Source of the DNA: Candidatus Omnitrophica bacterium UBA6253
Lineage (GTDB): Bacteria > Omnitrophota > Gorgyraeia > Gygaellales > Profunditerraquicolaceae
Reading direction: 5' to 3'
Assembly: GCA_002441245.1 (NCBI GenBank)
Contig: DJVP01000012.1
Location: 260,255-324,254 of the forward strand
DNA: 64,000 bases
The position numbers and the translations under genes were made by a program. The notes beneath the pieces are model-generated. The model worked only from the letters and a program-made list of their open reading frames with translations, was not told where the DNA came from and did no database searches. Below are positions 1 to 9,697 of this stretch, piece after piece. The first letter of the stretch is position 1, and each line of letters begins with the position of its first letter.

Positions 1-1037
1 TCAAATTTTACCCCCTCCTCTTTGGCATGCTCAATCTCCAGTCGCCTGGCGGGCATTTCAATCTCCGTGCGCCGATAAATAACCTTAGTATTAAGCACAA
101 GGCCGTTTATCTTCTGCAGCCTCAAAGCAACTCTAGCGGCATCCATAGCTGTATTTCCTCCGCCAACAATCAAAACATTCTTACCTATATTGACCGGCGT
201 GTGAAATTCAGGGAACTTGTAAGCGGACATTAGATTCACCCGGGTCAAAAACTCATTTACCGAATAAATATTACAAAGGTTTTCGCCTTTAATTCCTAAA
301 AAAGAAGGCACTCCGGCTCCCAACCCCAGGAATATTCTTGAATATCCCTGGGCAAATAATTCTTTAATCGTCCTGGCTTTTCCTACCAGGAAATTAGTAA
401 TAAAATTTACGCCTAGTTTCTGAAGGTAATTTATCTCAAAATCCAGGACGTCCCATGGCAGCCTGAAAGGCGGAATACCGTATCTTAAAACGCCGCCGGT
501 TTTATGCAGGCTTTCATAAATATCAACCTGTACGCCTTTACGGGCTAATTCTCCGGCACAGCATAACCCAGCTGGGCCGGAACCAACTACCGCCACTTTA
601 ACTTTAGAGAATTTTTCCTCAATTTCTACCGGAACATCCAAATTATTATTCTTGCCGTAATCTCCCGCAAAACGTTCCAGAAAATGTATATTAATTGCCT
701 GCTCCGAAGCAAAAGGCAAGCCTTTCTTAGTAAGTATACATGCCTTACGGCATTGGTATTCAGCAGGACAAACCCTTCCACAAATAGAAGGAAAATTACT
801 CTTCTCTCTGATCGTAAAATAAGCGGACTGGTAATCCTGTTGAACAATCTGGTGGATAAATTTTTTTATATCAATACCCACCGGACAGCCACTGCTGCAA
901 AGAGGATTTTTACACTGCAGGCACCTTGAAGCTTCCAATAAAGCCTCATCTTCAGAGTAGCCTTTTACTACCTCCTCAAAATTGCCTGCTCTTATTTCGG
1001 CGCTGGCCTCTCTAACTTTTACCGGTTCCTTCTTCAT
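1..1037 (-). CDS. nfnB: NfnB / GltD-family FAD-NAD(P)H oxidoreductase with an N-terminal 2x[4Fe-4S] domain; sulfide dehydrogenase SudA-like. The 3' end runs off the window.
   Basis: The ORF track omits it because no stop falls inside the window. Manual reverse-complement translation from the ATG at 1035-1037 gives MKKEPVKVREASAEIRAGNFEE...CLQCKNPLCSSGCPVGI...FPSICGRVCPAEYQCRKAC...VAVVGSGPAGLCCAGELARKGVQVDIYESLHKTGGVLRYGIPPFRLP. That shows the GltD/NfnB cysteine motifs and a GxGxxG dinucleotide fold. It starts 5 nt downstream of nfnA. Confidence 0.8.
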   Translation of the reverse strand, partial: MKKEPVKVREASAEIRAGNFEEVVKGYSEDEALLEASRCLQCKNPLCSSGCPVGIDIKKFIHQIVQQDYQSAYFTIREKSNFPSICGRVCPAEYQCRKACILTKKGLPFASEQAINIHFLERFAGDYGKNNNLDVPVEIEEKFSKVKVAVVGSGPAGLCCAGELARKGVQVDIYESLHKTGGVLRYGIPPFRLPWDVLDFEINYLQKLGVNFITNFLVGKARTIKELFAQGYSRIFLGLGAGVPSFLGIKGENLCNIYSVNEFLTRVNLMSAYKFPEFHTPVNIGKNVLIVGGGNTAMDAARVALRLQKINGLVLNTKVIYRRTEIEMPARRLEIEHAKEEGVKF

Positions 1038-1041
1038 AGAT

Positions 1042-1872
1042 TTAAGATGCTGGAAAAAGGTTACAGATATGTTTTTCCTGTACGCTATAAACTTTATTTC
1101 TTTTCTCAAGTTCCTCCCAATCCACTCCATGTCCGTCAAAATCCGGGCCGTCAACGCAACTGAATTTTACCTGGCCGAAAACACTCACCCGGCAACAACC
1201 GCACATTCCGGTTGCATCAACCATCAACGCATTAAGAGAAACTAAAGTTTTAGTATTGTATTCCCTGCTTACAGCTGCCACTCTTTTCATCATCGGAATA
1301 GGCCCAACAGAATAGATCAAATCATATTTATCTTTATCCAGAAGCTCCTTTAGCATATCCGTGGTAAAACCTTTCCTGCCGTAAGAGCCATCATCCGTCA
1401 TGATATAAATTTGATCTGATGCGCCTTTAAGTTCAGCCTCCAAAATAAGCAAATCTTTATTACGGGATCCTAAAATAGCAGTTATATGATTGCCTGCATC
1501 CTTTAATGCGCGGGCAACTGGCAAGATCTCAGCTATTCCTACGCCTCCGCCGGCTAAAATTACTTTTCCGAACTTTTTTATTTCTGTAGGGTGCCCCAAA
1601 GGGCCAACCAGGGCATAGAGGCTATCTCCGGCATTAAGTGCGCCTAAAAGCCGCGTAGTTAATCCTGCCTCCTGAAAAATAAGAGTAATACTGCCTGCAT
1701 TAATATCCACATCGACTATAGTAAGCGGGACTCTTTCGCCTCTTTCATCAACCATAACTACAACGAATTGCCCTGGCTTAGCCTTTTGGCTGATTTCCGG
1801 AGCAATCAAGGATAATTTTATAATCCTTACGCCTGCAGAATCTATAATTGCTTCTCTGGATATAATCTTCAT
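1042..1872 (-). CDS. nfnA: NfnA / PyrK-like FAD plus [2Fe-2S] ferredoxin-NADP+ reductase subunit (SudB-like)
   Basis: 276 aa. It has the PyrK/SudB architecture: FAD/NAD-binding core (ILAGGGVGIAEI) and a C-terminal cysteine cluster CGCCRVSVFGQVKFSCVDGPDF. It lies immediately upstream of the GltD-like nfnB. Confidence 0.8.
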   Translation of the reverse strand: MKIISREAIIDSAGVRIIKLSLIAPEISQKAKPGQFVVVMVDERGERVPLTIVDVDINAGSITLIFQEAGLTTRLLGALNAGDSLYALVGPLGHPTEIKKFGKVILAGGGVGIAEILPVARALKDAGNHITAILGSRNKDLLILEAELKGASDQIYIMTDDGSYGRKGFTTDMLKELLDKDKYDLIYSVGPIPMMKRVAAVSREYNTKTLVSLNALMVDATGMCGCCRVSVFGQVKFSCVDGPDFDGHGVDWEELEKRNKVYSVQEKHICNLFPAS

Positions 1873-1904
1873 ATTTGCCCTCTTTGCCTGTTTATATATT
1901 TGTA

Positions 1905-3143
1905 CTACTTTCTAATGGTTTTGTCAAACTCCATATCCAATTTTACCAGGCCGCCCTTAAACGGTTCAATTATCCGTTCAAGAATTCCGGATAGATAAGC
2001 CATCAGCACGCCATAATTAGTAATCGCAACGCCTGCGGACCTGGCCTTTTCAATACGATGCATAATTTCTTTACGGTTAACCATGCATCCTCCACAGGAG
2101 ATAATTATCTTATACCGGCTTAAATCCTGGGGAAAATCTCCTCCCGCAGTGACTTCATAATGCAGGTCTTTCCTGGTGTAATTCATCAACCAGGTAGGAA
2201 TTTTGGTACGACCGATATCTTCCGGCTGCACATGATGTGTACAAGCCTCAGCTATCAGGATCTCATCGCCATCTTTTAATTTCTCCAAGGCATAAACACC
2301 CTGGATATAAACATTGAGGTCTCCTTTATGCCTGGCAAAAACAGTGGAGAATGATGTCAAGGGCACTTCCACGGGAAGAATATCACGCACATCCTCGAAA
2401 ACCTGTGAATCAGTAATTACAAGTTTTGGCTTCTTTTTTAATGCATTAATACAATCTAAAAGTTCAGTTTCTTTGGTAACAAAGGCAACAGCGTTAGCAT
2501 CTAAAATATCCCGTAACACCTGCACCTGGGGGAGGATTAATCTTCCTTGAGGCATGGCACTATCAATTGGGCAAACCAAAATTACCACATCTTTAGGGCT
2601 AATTATATCAGCTACCAGAGGGATAGGCGACCAATGGCCAGGAGCCATCTCCATTATTTTCTCTTTAAGCTCCTCAATTGCCTGTTTTGTTTTAGAGCTT
2701 ACCCTGATAAATGGAAGCTTTTTATCTATTAAATAATCCTCCGCCCTTTTCCCCTGCAGTTCACCTTTATTGATTACAAACAGAAAAGGCAACTTTTTGC
2801 TGCGGAAGGTATTAATTAAATCCTCTTCAAAACTATCAATCATCGTATCCGGCTCAACAACAATTAAACCCACATCCGTCTTTCTTAATACCACCAGGGT
2901 ACGCTTAACCCTCTCCTCGCCTAAAACCCCCTCATCGTCAATACCGGCAGTATCAATTAATATACATGGCCCAATAGGTAAAATCTCCATAGCCTTATAA
3001 ACCGGGTCTGTAGTTGTCCCGGCTACCTCAGAAACGATTGCCGTATCCTGACCGGTAATCGCATTAATCAAACTGGATTTCCCCGTGTTCCTTTTACCGA
3101 ATATTCCAATATGCAGCCTGTTGCTTGCCGGTGTCCTATACAT
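1905..3143 (-). CDS. hydF: [FeFe] hydrogenase maturase GTPase HydF
   Basis: 412 aa. N-terminal GTPase domain with P-loop GKRNTGKSS and DTAG. The C-terminal region carries the cysteine-containing cluster-binding part. It sits between hydE and nfnA. Confidence 0.88.
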   Translation of the reverse strand: MYRTPASNRLHIGIFGKRNTGKSSLINAITGQDTAIVSEVAGTTTDPVYKAMEILPIGPCILIDTAGIDDEGVLGEERVKRTLVVLRKTDVGLIVVEPDTMIDSFEEDLINTFRSKKLPFLFVINKGELQGKRAEDYLIDKKLPFIRVSSKTKQAIEELKEKIMEMAPGHWSPIPLVADIISPKDVVILVCPIDSAMPQGRLILPQVQVLRDILDANAVAFVTKETELLDCINALKKKPKLVITDSQVFEDVRDILPVEVPLTSFSTVFARHKGDLNVYIQGVYALEKLKDGDEILIAEACTHHVQPEDIGRTKIPTWLMNYTRKDLHYEVTAGGDFPQDLSRYKIIISCGGCMVNRKEIMHRIEKARSAGVAITNYGVLMAYLSGILERIIEPFKGGLVKLDMEFDKTIRK

Positions 3144-4206
3144 TTGAATTAATCCTCCCTTGTTTTAAAGAGTCAGCTTTTGAATAATCAATAAACCTTC
3201 CTAGACCTTTAGCCATCTCATCCATACAAAAGTTACATGCGCCTTGCGGCTCATCAATACATCTCTTTTGGGGATATATCTCATAGAGCTTACGGAATGG
3301 TTGTGGAGTAAAATTCGGCATTAAAACATTTGCCCCGCACTTTAAACCATCCATTCTGTAATCTCTATCCAGACTGCCCAAGGCAGTCGTAGCAGGGATA
3401 TGCGCATTTTTAGTAACTATGCGGGTCAAGGCAATGGTTTTTAAACTAAGTTCAACATTACCCTTTTGCTGACCGGCAAACTGAGTATCCTGATGAGGAA
3501 TAAACGGGCCTATGCCGATCATATCAAAATCATTGCGTTTAAAGAAAATAATATCATGAGAGATGGTCTTTAAGGTTTGCCCGGGTAGGCCGATAATATT
3601 ACCTGAGCCAACCTGATAACCTAATCTCCTTAGAACCTGCAGGCAATCCAGGCGCTGCTTAAAATCCATTTGCGGATGCATAGATGAATATAAGGCCCCA
3701 TCGGTAGTTTCAATTTTCAATAAATACCTGTCAGCGCCGGCCTCTCGCCAAATCCTATAATCATCCCCGCTTCTTTCTCCCACCGAAAGAGTAACCGCTA
3801 TGTCAAAACTTGATTTTATTTTTAAGATAATATCTCTTAGCCATAAAACATCCAAACCTTCATCTTCTCCGGACTGTAAAACCACTGTCATAATCTTACG
3901 CGAAGCAAGATATTCAACTGCCTTAAGCAACTCATCCTTATCTATCCGGTAGCGCTCCAACTTACGGTTATTCTTATTCAGACCGCAATAAAAACACTCC
4001 CGCAGGCAAAAGTTAGAAAACTCTATTATCCCCCGCAAAACAATGCCATTTCCGCAAAACTTTTTTCTCACAGTATCGGCAAAAGAAAACAACTCATTTA
4101 ATTCTTCCTGCCTGTCTAAAGCTAAAACCCGCTCCAAGTCTTCAGGTTCTGGCAGAGAAACGTCGTAGATTCTATTTAAAAGCCCGTTTAGTTTAGACAT
4201 ATTCAT
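3136..4206 (-). CDS. hydE: [FeFe] hydrogenase maturase radical-SAM HydE
   Basis: 356 aa. Biotin-synthase-like radical SAM enzyme with CxxxCxxC as CLRECFYC. Its ends overlap hydG and hydF. Confidence 0.88.
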   Translation of the reverse strand: MNMSKLNGLLNRIYDVSLPEPEDLERVLALDRQEELNELFSFADTVRKKFCGNGIVLRGIIEFSNFCLRECFYCGLNKNNRKLERYRIDKDELLKAVEYLASRKIMTVVLQSGEDEGLDVLWLRDIILKIKSSFDIAVTLSVGERSGDDYRIWREAGADRYLLKIETTDGALYSSMHPQMDFKQRLDCLQVLRRLGYQVGSGNIIGLPGQTLKTISHDIIFFKRNDFDMIGIGPFIPHQDTQFAGQQKGNVELSLKTIALTRIVTKNAHIPATTALGSLDRDYRMDGLKCGANVLMPNFTPQPFRKLYEIYPQKRCIDEPQGACNFCMDEMAKGLGRFIDYSKADSLKQGRINSNV

Positions 4207-5623
4207 CTCTTAAACCGGAATCAACATGCAAAAAAAACAATTTCAGCATTTCTTGTTCAACAGGTTCTAACTGCTTAAAATAATGCCCGATCATTTTATA
4301 ACCCGCATCTTTAACCGCAACAGACGCAAAATCATCGAGATACTCCTTAAGCGTTATCAGGGCATTCATACTACATTTGCCTTTAATTGTCCCGGGCTTA
4401 GCCATCTGCATAAAAGCCTCTCCGGTCCTTTCTTTGCGATAACAGGCGGCGCAAAAAGAAGGAATATAGTCGTGCGCAATCAAAGAAGCAACGACTTCCT
4501 CAATAGTACGATTATCGCCAAGAGAAAACTGGCTTCCGGCCTTTTCGGAAACCATGCCGGCTTTTTCGGCAGGGATACCAGTACCAGCATCCCTGTTATC
4601 AGAATATCCTCCGGGCGAAGTAGAAGATTCCGCGCTGACCTGCGAAACCCCAAGGCCAAGAAGCGCGTCGCGCATAACAGCAGACTCACGGGTAGACATA
4701 ATAATGCCGGTGTATGGCACGGAAAGCCTTAAAACAGCAACTACCTTTTTAAAATCTTCATCCGAAATCTTATGCGGCGGATTAAAAGAAAGCATTGCTC
4801 CTTCTGCCGGTTCAATGCGCGGCACGGATATTGTATGCGGGCCAACATTAAACTCCTTTTCCATATGCTCTATATGGGAAAGCAACCCCAGTGTCTCAAA
4901 CCTCCAGTCATATAAACCATAAAGCGGCCCAATACCAATATCATCAATTCCAGCGGCAAAAGCCCTGTCCGGTGCACTGATCCGGTTATCCGGGTCACTC
5001 TTTGGGCCGCTAAGATGCATCGCCCGGTAAGTCTGGTCATGGTAGGTTTCCTGAAAGATTTGAAAAGTCCCGATACCGGAGGCCTTCAATTTTTTAAAAT
5101 CACCGACGCTTAACGGCGCACAATTGACATTAACCCTTTTAATTTTATGTTTACCTATTGCCGCTTCGTAAATAGTTTCAACCGCCTGGACATAATAATC
5201 GATGTTTGACTGTCCTGCAGGTGATGCCTCTCCGCAAACTGCCAATATCCTCTTATGCCCGCGCCTTAGGAGCCACTGGATTTGCTGGGTAATTTCGGAA
5301 GTAGTAAGCGCCTTGCGTTTAAGTCCTGAGTTATCCGATTTGAAACCGCAGTATTGACAGTTATTCACGCAAAGATTGCTGATATAAAGCGGCGCAAAAA
5401 GCACTACCCTCCTGCCATAAACAGCATCCTTAACAAAACTGGCCGCCTTGAATATCTTCTGGATATATTCAGGATCCTTGACCGAAAGCAAGGCCGCAGA
5501 CTCCTCCAATGTTAAACGTTTAAGTGATTTTGTTTTCTCAAGAATGGCATCAAGCTTAAGGCTATCAAACTTATCCATATCAGCAAGCAAATTATTTATC
5601 TTCTCTTCATTTATGTATTTCAA
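4193..5623 (-). CDS. hydG: [FeFe] hydrogenase maturase radical-SAM tyrosine lyase HydG
   Basis: 476 aa. ThiH-like radical SAM enzyme with N-terminal CVNNCQYC and a C-terminal auxiliary cluster region (SFCAACYR). It forms a contiguous hydGEF set with its neighbours. Confidence 0.88.
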   Translation of the reverse strand: MKYINEEKINNLLADMDKFDSLKLDAILEKTKSLKRLTLEESAALLSVKDPEYIQKIFKAASFVKDAVYGRRVVLFAPLYISNLCVNNCQYCGFKSDNSGLKRKALTTSEITQQIQWLLRRGHKRILAVCGEASPAGQSNIDYYVQAVETIYEAAIGKHKIKRVNVNCAPLSVGDFKKLKASGIGTFQIFQETYHDQTYRAMHLSGPKSDPDNRISAPDRAFAAGIDDIGIGPLYGLYDWRFETLGLLSHIEHMEKEFNVGPHTISVPRIEPAEGAMLSFNPPHKISDEDFKKVVAVLRLSVPYTGIIMSTRESAVMRDALLGLGVSQVSAESSTSPGGYSDNRDAGTGIPAEKAGMVSEKAGSQFSLGDNRTIEEVVASLIAHDYIPSFCAACYRKERTGEAFMQMAKPGTIKGKCSMNALITLKEYLDDFASVAVKDAGYKMIGHYFKQLEPVEQEMLKLFFLHVDSGLRDEYV

Positions 5624-5672
5624 AATTCACCTCGTTCGATAACAGATATAATGGCTGAACAGGATCCGCTAA

Positions 5673-5924
5673 CTATTCGGATTTGCTTAATCCTGATTTT
5701 ACCGACACCCCGCCGATCTTGCCCAGTTTACCGGTTAAGGCGCCTAAATCATCGGTAGACGCGTTTACAATCAATACAATTACGCTTAACTCCCTCTTCA
5801 CATGAGGAATCCCCATACGCCCGAGAATCAGCTCCCCGAATTCCGTCAAAATACTATTAACTAGCGGAGCGGACTTTTTACGGTTATGAATAATAACCCC
5901 CACAAATCCTAAACGCTTTTCCAT
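5673..5924 (-). CDS. Small TM1266-like protein, the putative iron-only hydrogenase system regulator family
   Basis: The track ORF 5673..6026 starts at TTG and its first 34 codons read through the tandem repeats. An internal ATG at 5924 is preceded by AAAGGAGATAGGG and gives an 84-aa protein, MEKRLGFVGVIIHNRKKSAPLVNSILTEFGELILGRMGIPHVKRELSVIVLIVN..., which has the typical size of this family. It is positioned between the hydrogenase structural genes and hydG. Confidence 0.5.
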   Translation of the reverse strand: MEKRLGFVGVIIHNRKKSAPLVNSILTEFGELILGRMGIPHVKRELSVIVLIVNASTDDLGALTGKLGKIGGVSVKSGLSKSE

Positions 5925-5952
5925 CCCTATCTCCTTTCTTATAAAAATCCGC

Positions 5953-6042
5953 CACCAGGCGGACACCCGTGCAATTCCAATTAGCACGGGGTGCCAGACA
6001 CCAGGCGGACACCCGTGCAATTCCAATTAGCACGGGGTGCCA
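5953..6042. repeat. Two tandem copies, 46-nt period, of a 44-nt unit. Each unit contains an imperfect hairpin: CACCCGTGC, then 12 nt, then GCACGGGGTG.
   Basis: caccaggcggacacccgtgcaattccaattagcacggggtgcca occurs at 5953-5996 and again at 5999-6042. The copies are identical except for the last 1-2 nt. Direct reading. Confidence 0.85.
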
Positions 6043-6057
6043 AACGCTGAATGTCCT

Positions 6058-6120
6058 CTAAAAATAAAAAACCCAACCCTTCTTAAAAAATAATCCTGCA
6101 GAAAGATTGGGATGTTGCAT
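6058..6120 (-). CDS. Candidate 20-codon leader ORF (MQHPNLSAGLFFKKGWVFYF)
   Basis: On the minus strand, AAGGGAGGATGA precedes ATG CAA CAT...TAG. The ORF lies between the hydA stop and the tandem hairpins. It may be fortuitous. Confidence 0.2.
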   Translation of the reverse strand: MQHPNLSAGLFFKKGWVFYF

Positions 6121-6181
6121 TCATCCTCCCTTGGGTATAGAGCCGCTTTCCGGTCCTTACCGCAGGATTCATTATTTGTTT

Positions 6182-7933
6182 CTATTTTATGTAAACCGGC
6201 CTGGCCTTATAATGCACATGCAGAAGTTTTTCCGACTTCTCGCTCAAGGGCTTGCCTAGAAATTCTTTATAAAGCCTTTTTATATACGGATTCTGATGAC
6301 TGCAACGAATCTGTTTTTGATCATCATCCTGATACAATGCCTGAGCCCTTTTAATCCTTAGTTCATCTGTAACCATATAAGGCTGGCCGCCGCCGCCAAC
6401 ACATCCGCCCGGGCAAGCCATAACTTCAATAAAATGATACGGCATTTCTTTATTATTAAGCTTGGCCTCGCGCACCTTATTTAAAATATGTTCCACATTG
6501 CCCAAACCATGGGCAATAGCAATCTTGAGTTTCTTGCCGTCAACCTCAATCTCAGTTTCCTTAACGCCCTTTAAGCCACGGACGCTAACAAACTCCACAT
6601 TTTTTAATTCTTTACCAGTAACAAAATAATGCGCGGTCCTTAAAGCTGCTTCCATTACACCGCCGGTTGACCCAAAAATAACCCCTGCGCCGGCATATTC
6701 GCCTAAAATACTATCGCACTCCTCATCGGGCAGAGTATCAAAATCTATGCCTGCCTGTTTAATCATGCGTACCAACTCCCTGGTACAGAGAACTGTATCT
6801 ATATCCTGAAAGCCCGAAGCAGACATTTCTGCATTCCTGGTAATCTCATATTTCTTAGAAGTGCAAGGCATAATTGAAACCATAAAAATCTTGGCAGGGT
6901 CAATTTTATTCTTTTCTGCATAGTACGTCTTGGAGAGTACACCTAAAATTTCATGCGGGGATTTACAGGAAGAAAAATGTTCAATCATATCCGGATAGAA
7001 CTTTTCCATAAAATCTACCCAGGAAGGACAGCAGGAGGTAATTAAAGGCAGTGGCCTATTCCCATGTAAAAGCCTTTCCTCAAACTCGCTTGCTTCCTCC
7101 ATAATCGTAACATCTGCGGCAAAAGAGGTATCAAAAACCGCATGGAACCCTAAGCGTCTTAATAAAGCGTAAAGTTTCTTGGTAAAATTCTTGCCCACAT
7201 AACCAAAGGCCTCTCCTATAGATACCCTGACTGCAGGGGCAATCTGCACCACGCAATATTTATCCGGATCCATCAGCCCCTTCCAGACTTTGGCTGTATG
7301 ATCCTGTTCAACAAAGGCACCCGTAGGGCAATGCGCTGAGCACTGCCCGCACTTAACACAAGGAGAATCGGCTAATTGTATATCCCCGGCAGGAGAAATC
7401 CGGGTTTTCATCCCTCTTTCCAAAAATGACAAAGCCCAGACATCCTGCAGCTCCTGGCAAACATGCACACATCTGCCGCAAAGAATACATTTTTTAGGAT
7501 CAAGGTCTACGGCGCTAGTTGAAGTGTCTATCGGTAAATCCCTTAAATACTGCGGGAATGATTCATCTTTAATTCCGAAATCCGCGGTAAGTTTTTGCAA
7601 CTCACACTGATTATTCCTGGCACATTTAAGGCAATCATTGGGATGGTTGGATAAAATAAGTTCAATTACCGTCCTGCGAATTTCAACTATTTCCGGGTCA
7701 TGCGTAATAATATCCATCCCCTCATCCAGCGGAGTACAGCAGGAACGCAGCATCTTATGCGACCCCTTATTCTTTACAATACAAATACCGCAGGATGCTG
7801 AAGCAGGCAGGTCCGGATGTTTGCATAAAGTAGGGATTTTTATCTGCACCCTCTTAGCCGCCTCTAAAATAGTAGTGCCTTCTTCTACCCGCAATAAAAT
7901 TCCGTTTATTCTTGCCTTAATTATTTTTGCCAT
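6182..7933 (-). CDS. hydA: [FeFe] hydrogenase catalytic subunit, Hnd-type HndD/HydA with M3 architecture
   Basis: 583 aa. N-terminal 2Fe-2S ferredoxin domain, His-ligated [4Fe-4S] (HPNDCLKC) and two ferredoxin-type clusters. All three H-cluster motifs are intact: L1 TSCCPSW, L2 MPCTSKKYE, L3 EVMACPGGCVGGGGQP. Confidence 0.92.
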   Translation of the reverse strand: MAKIIKARINGILLRVEEGTTILEAAKRVQIKIPTLCKHPDLPASASCGICIVKNKGSHKMLRSCCTPLDEGMDIITHDPEIVEIRRTVIELILSNHPNDCLKCARNNQCELQKLTADFGIKDESFPQYLRDLPIDTSTSAVDLDPKKCILCGRCVHVCQELQDVWALSFLERGMKTRISPAGDIQLADSPCVKCGQCSAHCPTGAFVEQDHTAKVWKGLMDPDKYCVVQIAPAVRVSIGEAFGYVGKNFTKKLYALLRRLGFHAVFDTSFAADVTIMEEASEFEERLLHGNRPLPLITSCCPSWVDFMEKFYPDMIEHFSSCKSPHEILGVLSKTYYAEKNKIDPAKIFMVSIMPCTSKKYEITRNAEMSASGFQDIDTVLCTRELVRMIKQAGIDFDTLPDEECDSILGEYAGAGVIFGSTGGVMEAALRTAHYFVTGKELKNVEFVSVRGLKGVKETEIEVDGKKLKIAIAHGLGNVEHILNKVREAKLNNKEMPYHFIEVMACPGGCVGGGGQPYMVTDELRIKRAQALYQDDDQKQIRCSHQNPYIKRLYKEFLGKPLSEKSEKLLHVHYKARPVYIK

Positions 7934-7935
7934 AT

Positions 7936-9678
7936 TTACTTTTTATTGATTGCCTTGAATTTACAAACATCAAAACACTGCCCGCATTTTATGCACTTAT
8001 CCTGGGCTATAGAATACCCCTCTTCCTTGCTTCCGCTAATTGCCTTTACCGGGCAATTATTAAAACATATCCCGCAACGCTTACACTTATCCTCAATTAT
8101 AGTATAAGTTATCAGGCTGCTGCATTTTCCCGCAGGGCATCTCTTGTTTAGAATATGCTCATTATACTCATCTTCAAAATATTTTAAAGTAGAAAGCACC
8201 GGGTTTGAAGCAGTCTGGCCTAATCCGCATAAAGATGCCTTCTGCATAGCCTGGGCAATCCTGCGCAACTGCCCCAAATCTTCCGGTATACCCCTGCCTT
8301 CAGAAATCTTTTTCAGATAACCAAGCATCTGGAAACCGCCGATACGGCAAGGAGCGCATTTTCCACAGGATTCCTCCACACAGAAACCCAGATAAAACTT
8401 GGGGATATCTACCATACAATCATCATCATCCATAACAATCATGCCGCCTGAGCCCATGATTGAACCCAACTTTTGTAAATTTTCATAATCCACCGGCGTA
8501 TCTAAAAGCTCTTCGGGAATAACCCCTCCTGAAGGCCCGCCTGTCTGCACTGCTTTTATCGGTTTGCCAGAAAGGGTTCCTCCGCAGATATCCATTACAA
8601 TCTCTCTTAAAGTAGCGCCCATAGCAATCTCTACTAAACCTGAATTCTTAACCTTGCCGGTTACCGCAAAGACTTTCGTTCCTTTTGAGGTCTGAGTACC
8701 AATCTGGGCAAACCACTTTCCGCCCTTAGCAATAATAACCGGAATATTAGCTAAAGTCTCGACATTATTAATAACAGTAGGTTTTCCCCATAGCCCTTTT
8801 ACCGAAGGATACGGCGGACGGGGGTGAGGAGTTCCCCTTTTACCCTCTATAGATGAAATCAAAGCGGTTTCCTCGCCGCAGACAAACGCTCCCGCACCTA
8901 ACCTTATATCTATATCCAGATTAAAAGAACTCCCAAGGATACCACTTCCTAACAGGCCATAATCATAAGCCTGCTTGATTGCCTTCTCAATTCTCTCTAC
9001 TGCCAGCGGATACTCTGCGCGGATATAAAAGTACCCCTTGGAAGCCCCAATGGCAAAGGCGGCAATAATCAAACCTTCGATAACCGAATGTGGATCACCC
9101 TCCAAAACACTCCTGTCCATATATGCCCCAGGATCCCCTTCATCGGCATTGCAGATAACAAATTTTTCGGCAGAATTCATCTCGCGGGCAAAATTCCATT
9201 TCATCCAGGTAGGATACCCTGCGCCGCCTCTTCCCCGTATACCGCTAAGCTTAATCTCATCAATTAATTTCAGCTGGCCCAATTCGCCGAGGACTTTTTT
9301 TAAGGCCAAATAACCTCCGCTGGCAATATAATCATCAATGCTCTCCGGGTCAATCTTTCCGCAATTGCGCAAAACGATCCTGTGCTGCTTTGCCTTAGGT
9401 TTAAAAACTAAATCTTCGATAACCTTGCCTTCGGACAAGATAGCATCAACTATCTTTTTAACATCCGTATCCTGAACATTAATATAAGTGACCTTATCCG
9501 GCAAGACCTTGACTACCAGCCCCTGATCATACACTCCGATATCGGCAACCCTGACCACCTGGATCTGCTCATGCAGGCTTGCCTCCCGAAGATAGTCTAA
9601 TAAACGGGTATAGAATTCACGCGTCTTATCTTCCCTTTTTAGATCCGTATCTTTTACTAAAATAACCTTGGTATACAT
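7936..9678 (-). CDS. hndC: NuoF-like flavoprotein subunit of the bifurcating hydrogenase (HndC/HydB)
   Basis: 580 aa. N-terminal thioredoxin-like 2Fe-2S domain, NADH/FMN site GRGGAGYPTWMKW, N3 cluster ESCGKCAPCR, and two C-terminal 4Fe-4S ferredoxin motifs (CKRCGICFNNCP, CIKCGQCFDVC). Confidence 0.9.
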   Translation of the reverse strand: MYTKVILVKDTDLKREDKTREFYTRLLDYLREASLHEQIQVVRVADIGVYDQGLVVKVLPDKVTYINVQDTDVKKIVDAILSEGKVIEDLVFKPKAKQHRIVLRNCGKIDPESIDDYIASGGYLALKKVLGELGQLKLIDEIKLSGIRGRGGAGYPTWMKWNFAREMNSAEKFVICNADEGDPGAYMDRSVLEGDPHSVIEGLIIAAFAIGASKGYFYIRAEYPLAVERIEKAIKQAYDYGLLGSGILGSSFNLDIDIRLGAGAFVCGEETALISSIEGKRGTPHPRPPYPSVKGLWGKPTVINNVETLANIPVIIAKGGKWFAQIGTQTSKGTKVFAVTGKVKNSGLVEIAMGATLREIVMDICGGTLSGKPIKAVQTGGPSGGVIPEELLDTPVDYENLQKLGSIMGSGGMIVMDDDDCMVDIPKFYLGFCVEESCGKCAPCRIGGFQMLGYLKKISEGRGIPEDLGQLRRIAQAMQKASLCGLGQTASNPVLSTLKYFEDEYNEHILNKRCPAGKCSSLITYTIIEDKCKRCGICFNNCPVKAISGSKEEGYSIAQDKCIKCGQCFDVCKFKAINKK

Positions 9679-9697
9679 AAATTAATTATTCCCGTTT

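Noticed and set aside
5925-6026. The 34-codon N-terminal extension (TTG start) of track ORF 5673..6026
   Set aside because: It reads through the two tandem hairpin repeats in an arbitrary frame and has no RBS. An internal ATG at 5924 has a strong RBS and gives a protein of the expected family size.
5953-6042. TGGCAC at the start of each repeat unit on the minus strand, as a possible sigma54 -24 element
   Set aside because: There is no TTGC(A/T) -12 element at the required spacing (GG-N10-GC). The GC dinucleotides present are 8 or 22 nt away.
5953-6042. Tandem direct repeats as a degenerate CRISPR array
   Set aside because: There are only two copies. They are directly adjacent, with a 2-nt gap and no spacer-sized unique sequence, and no cas genes are present.
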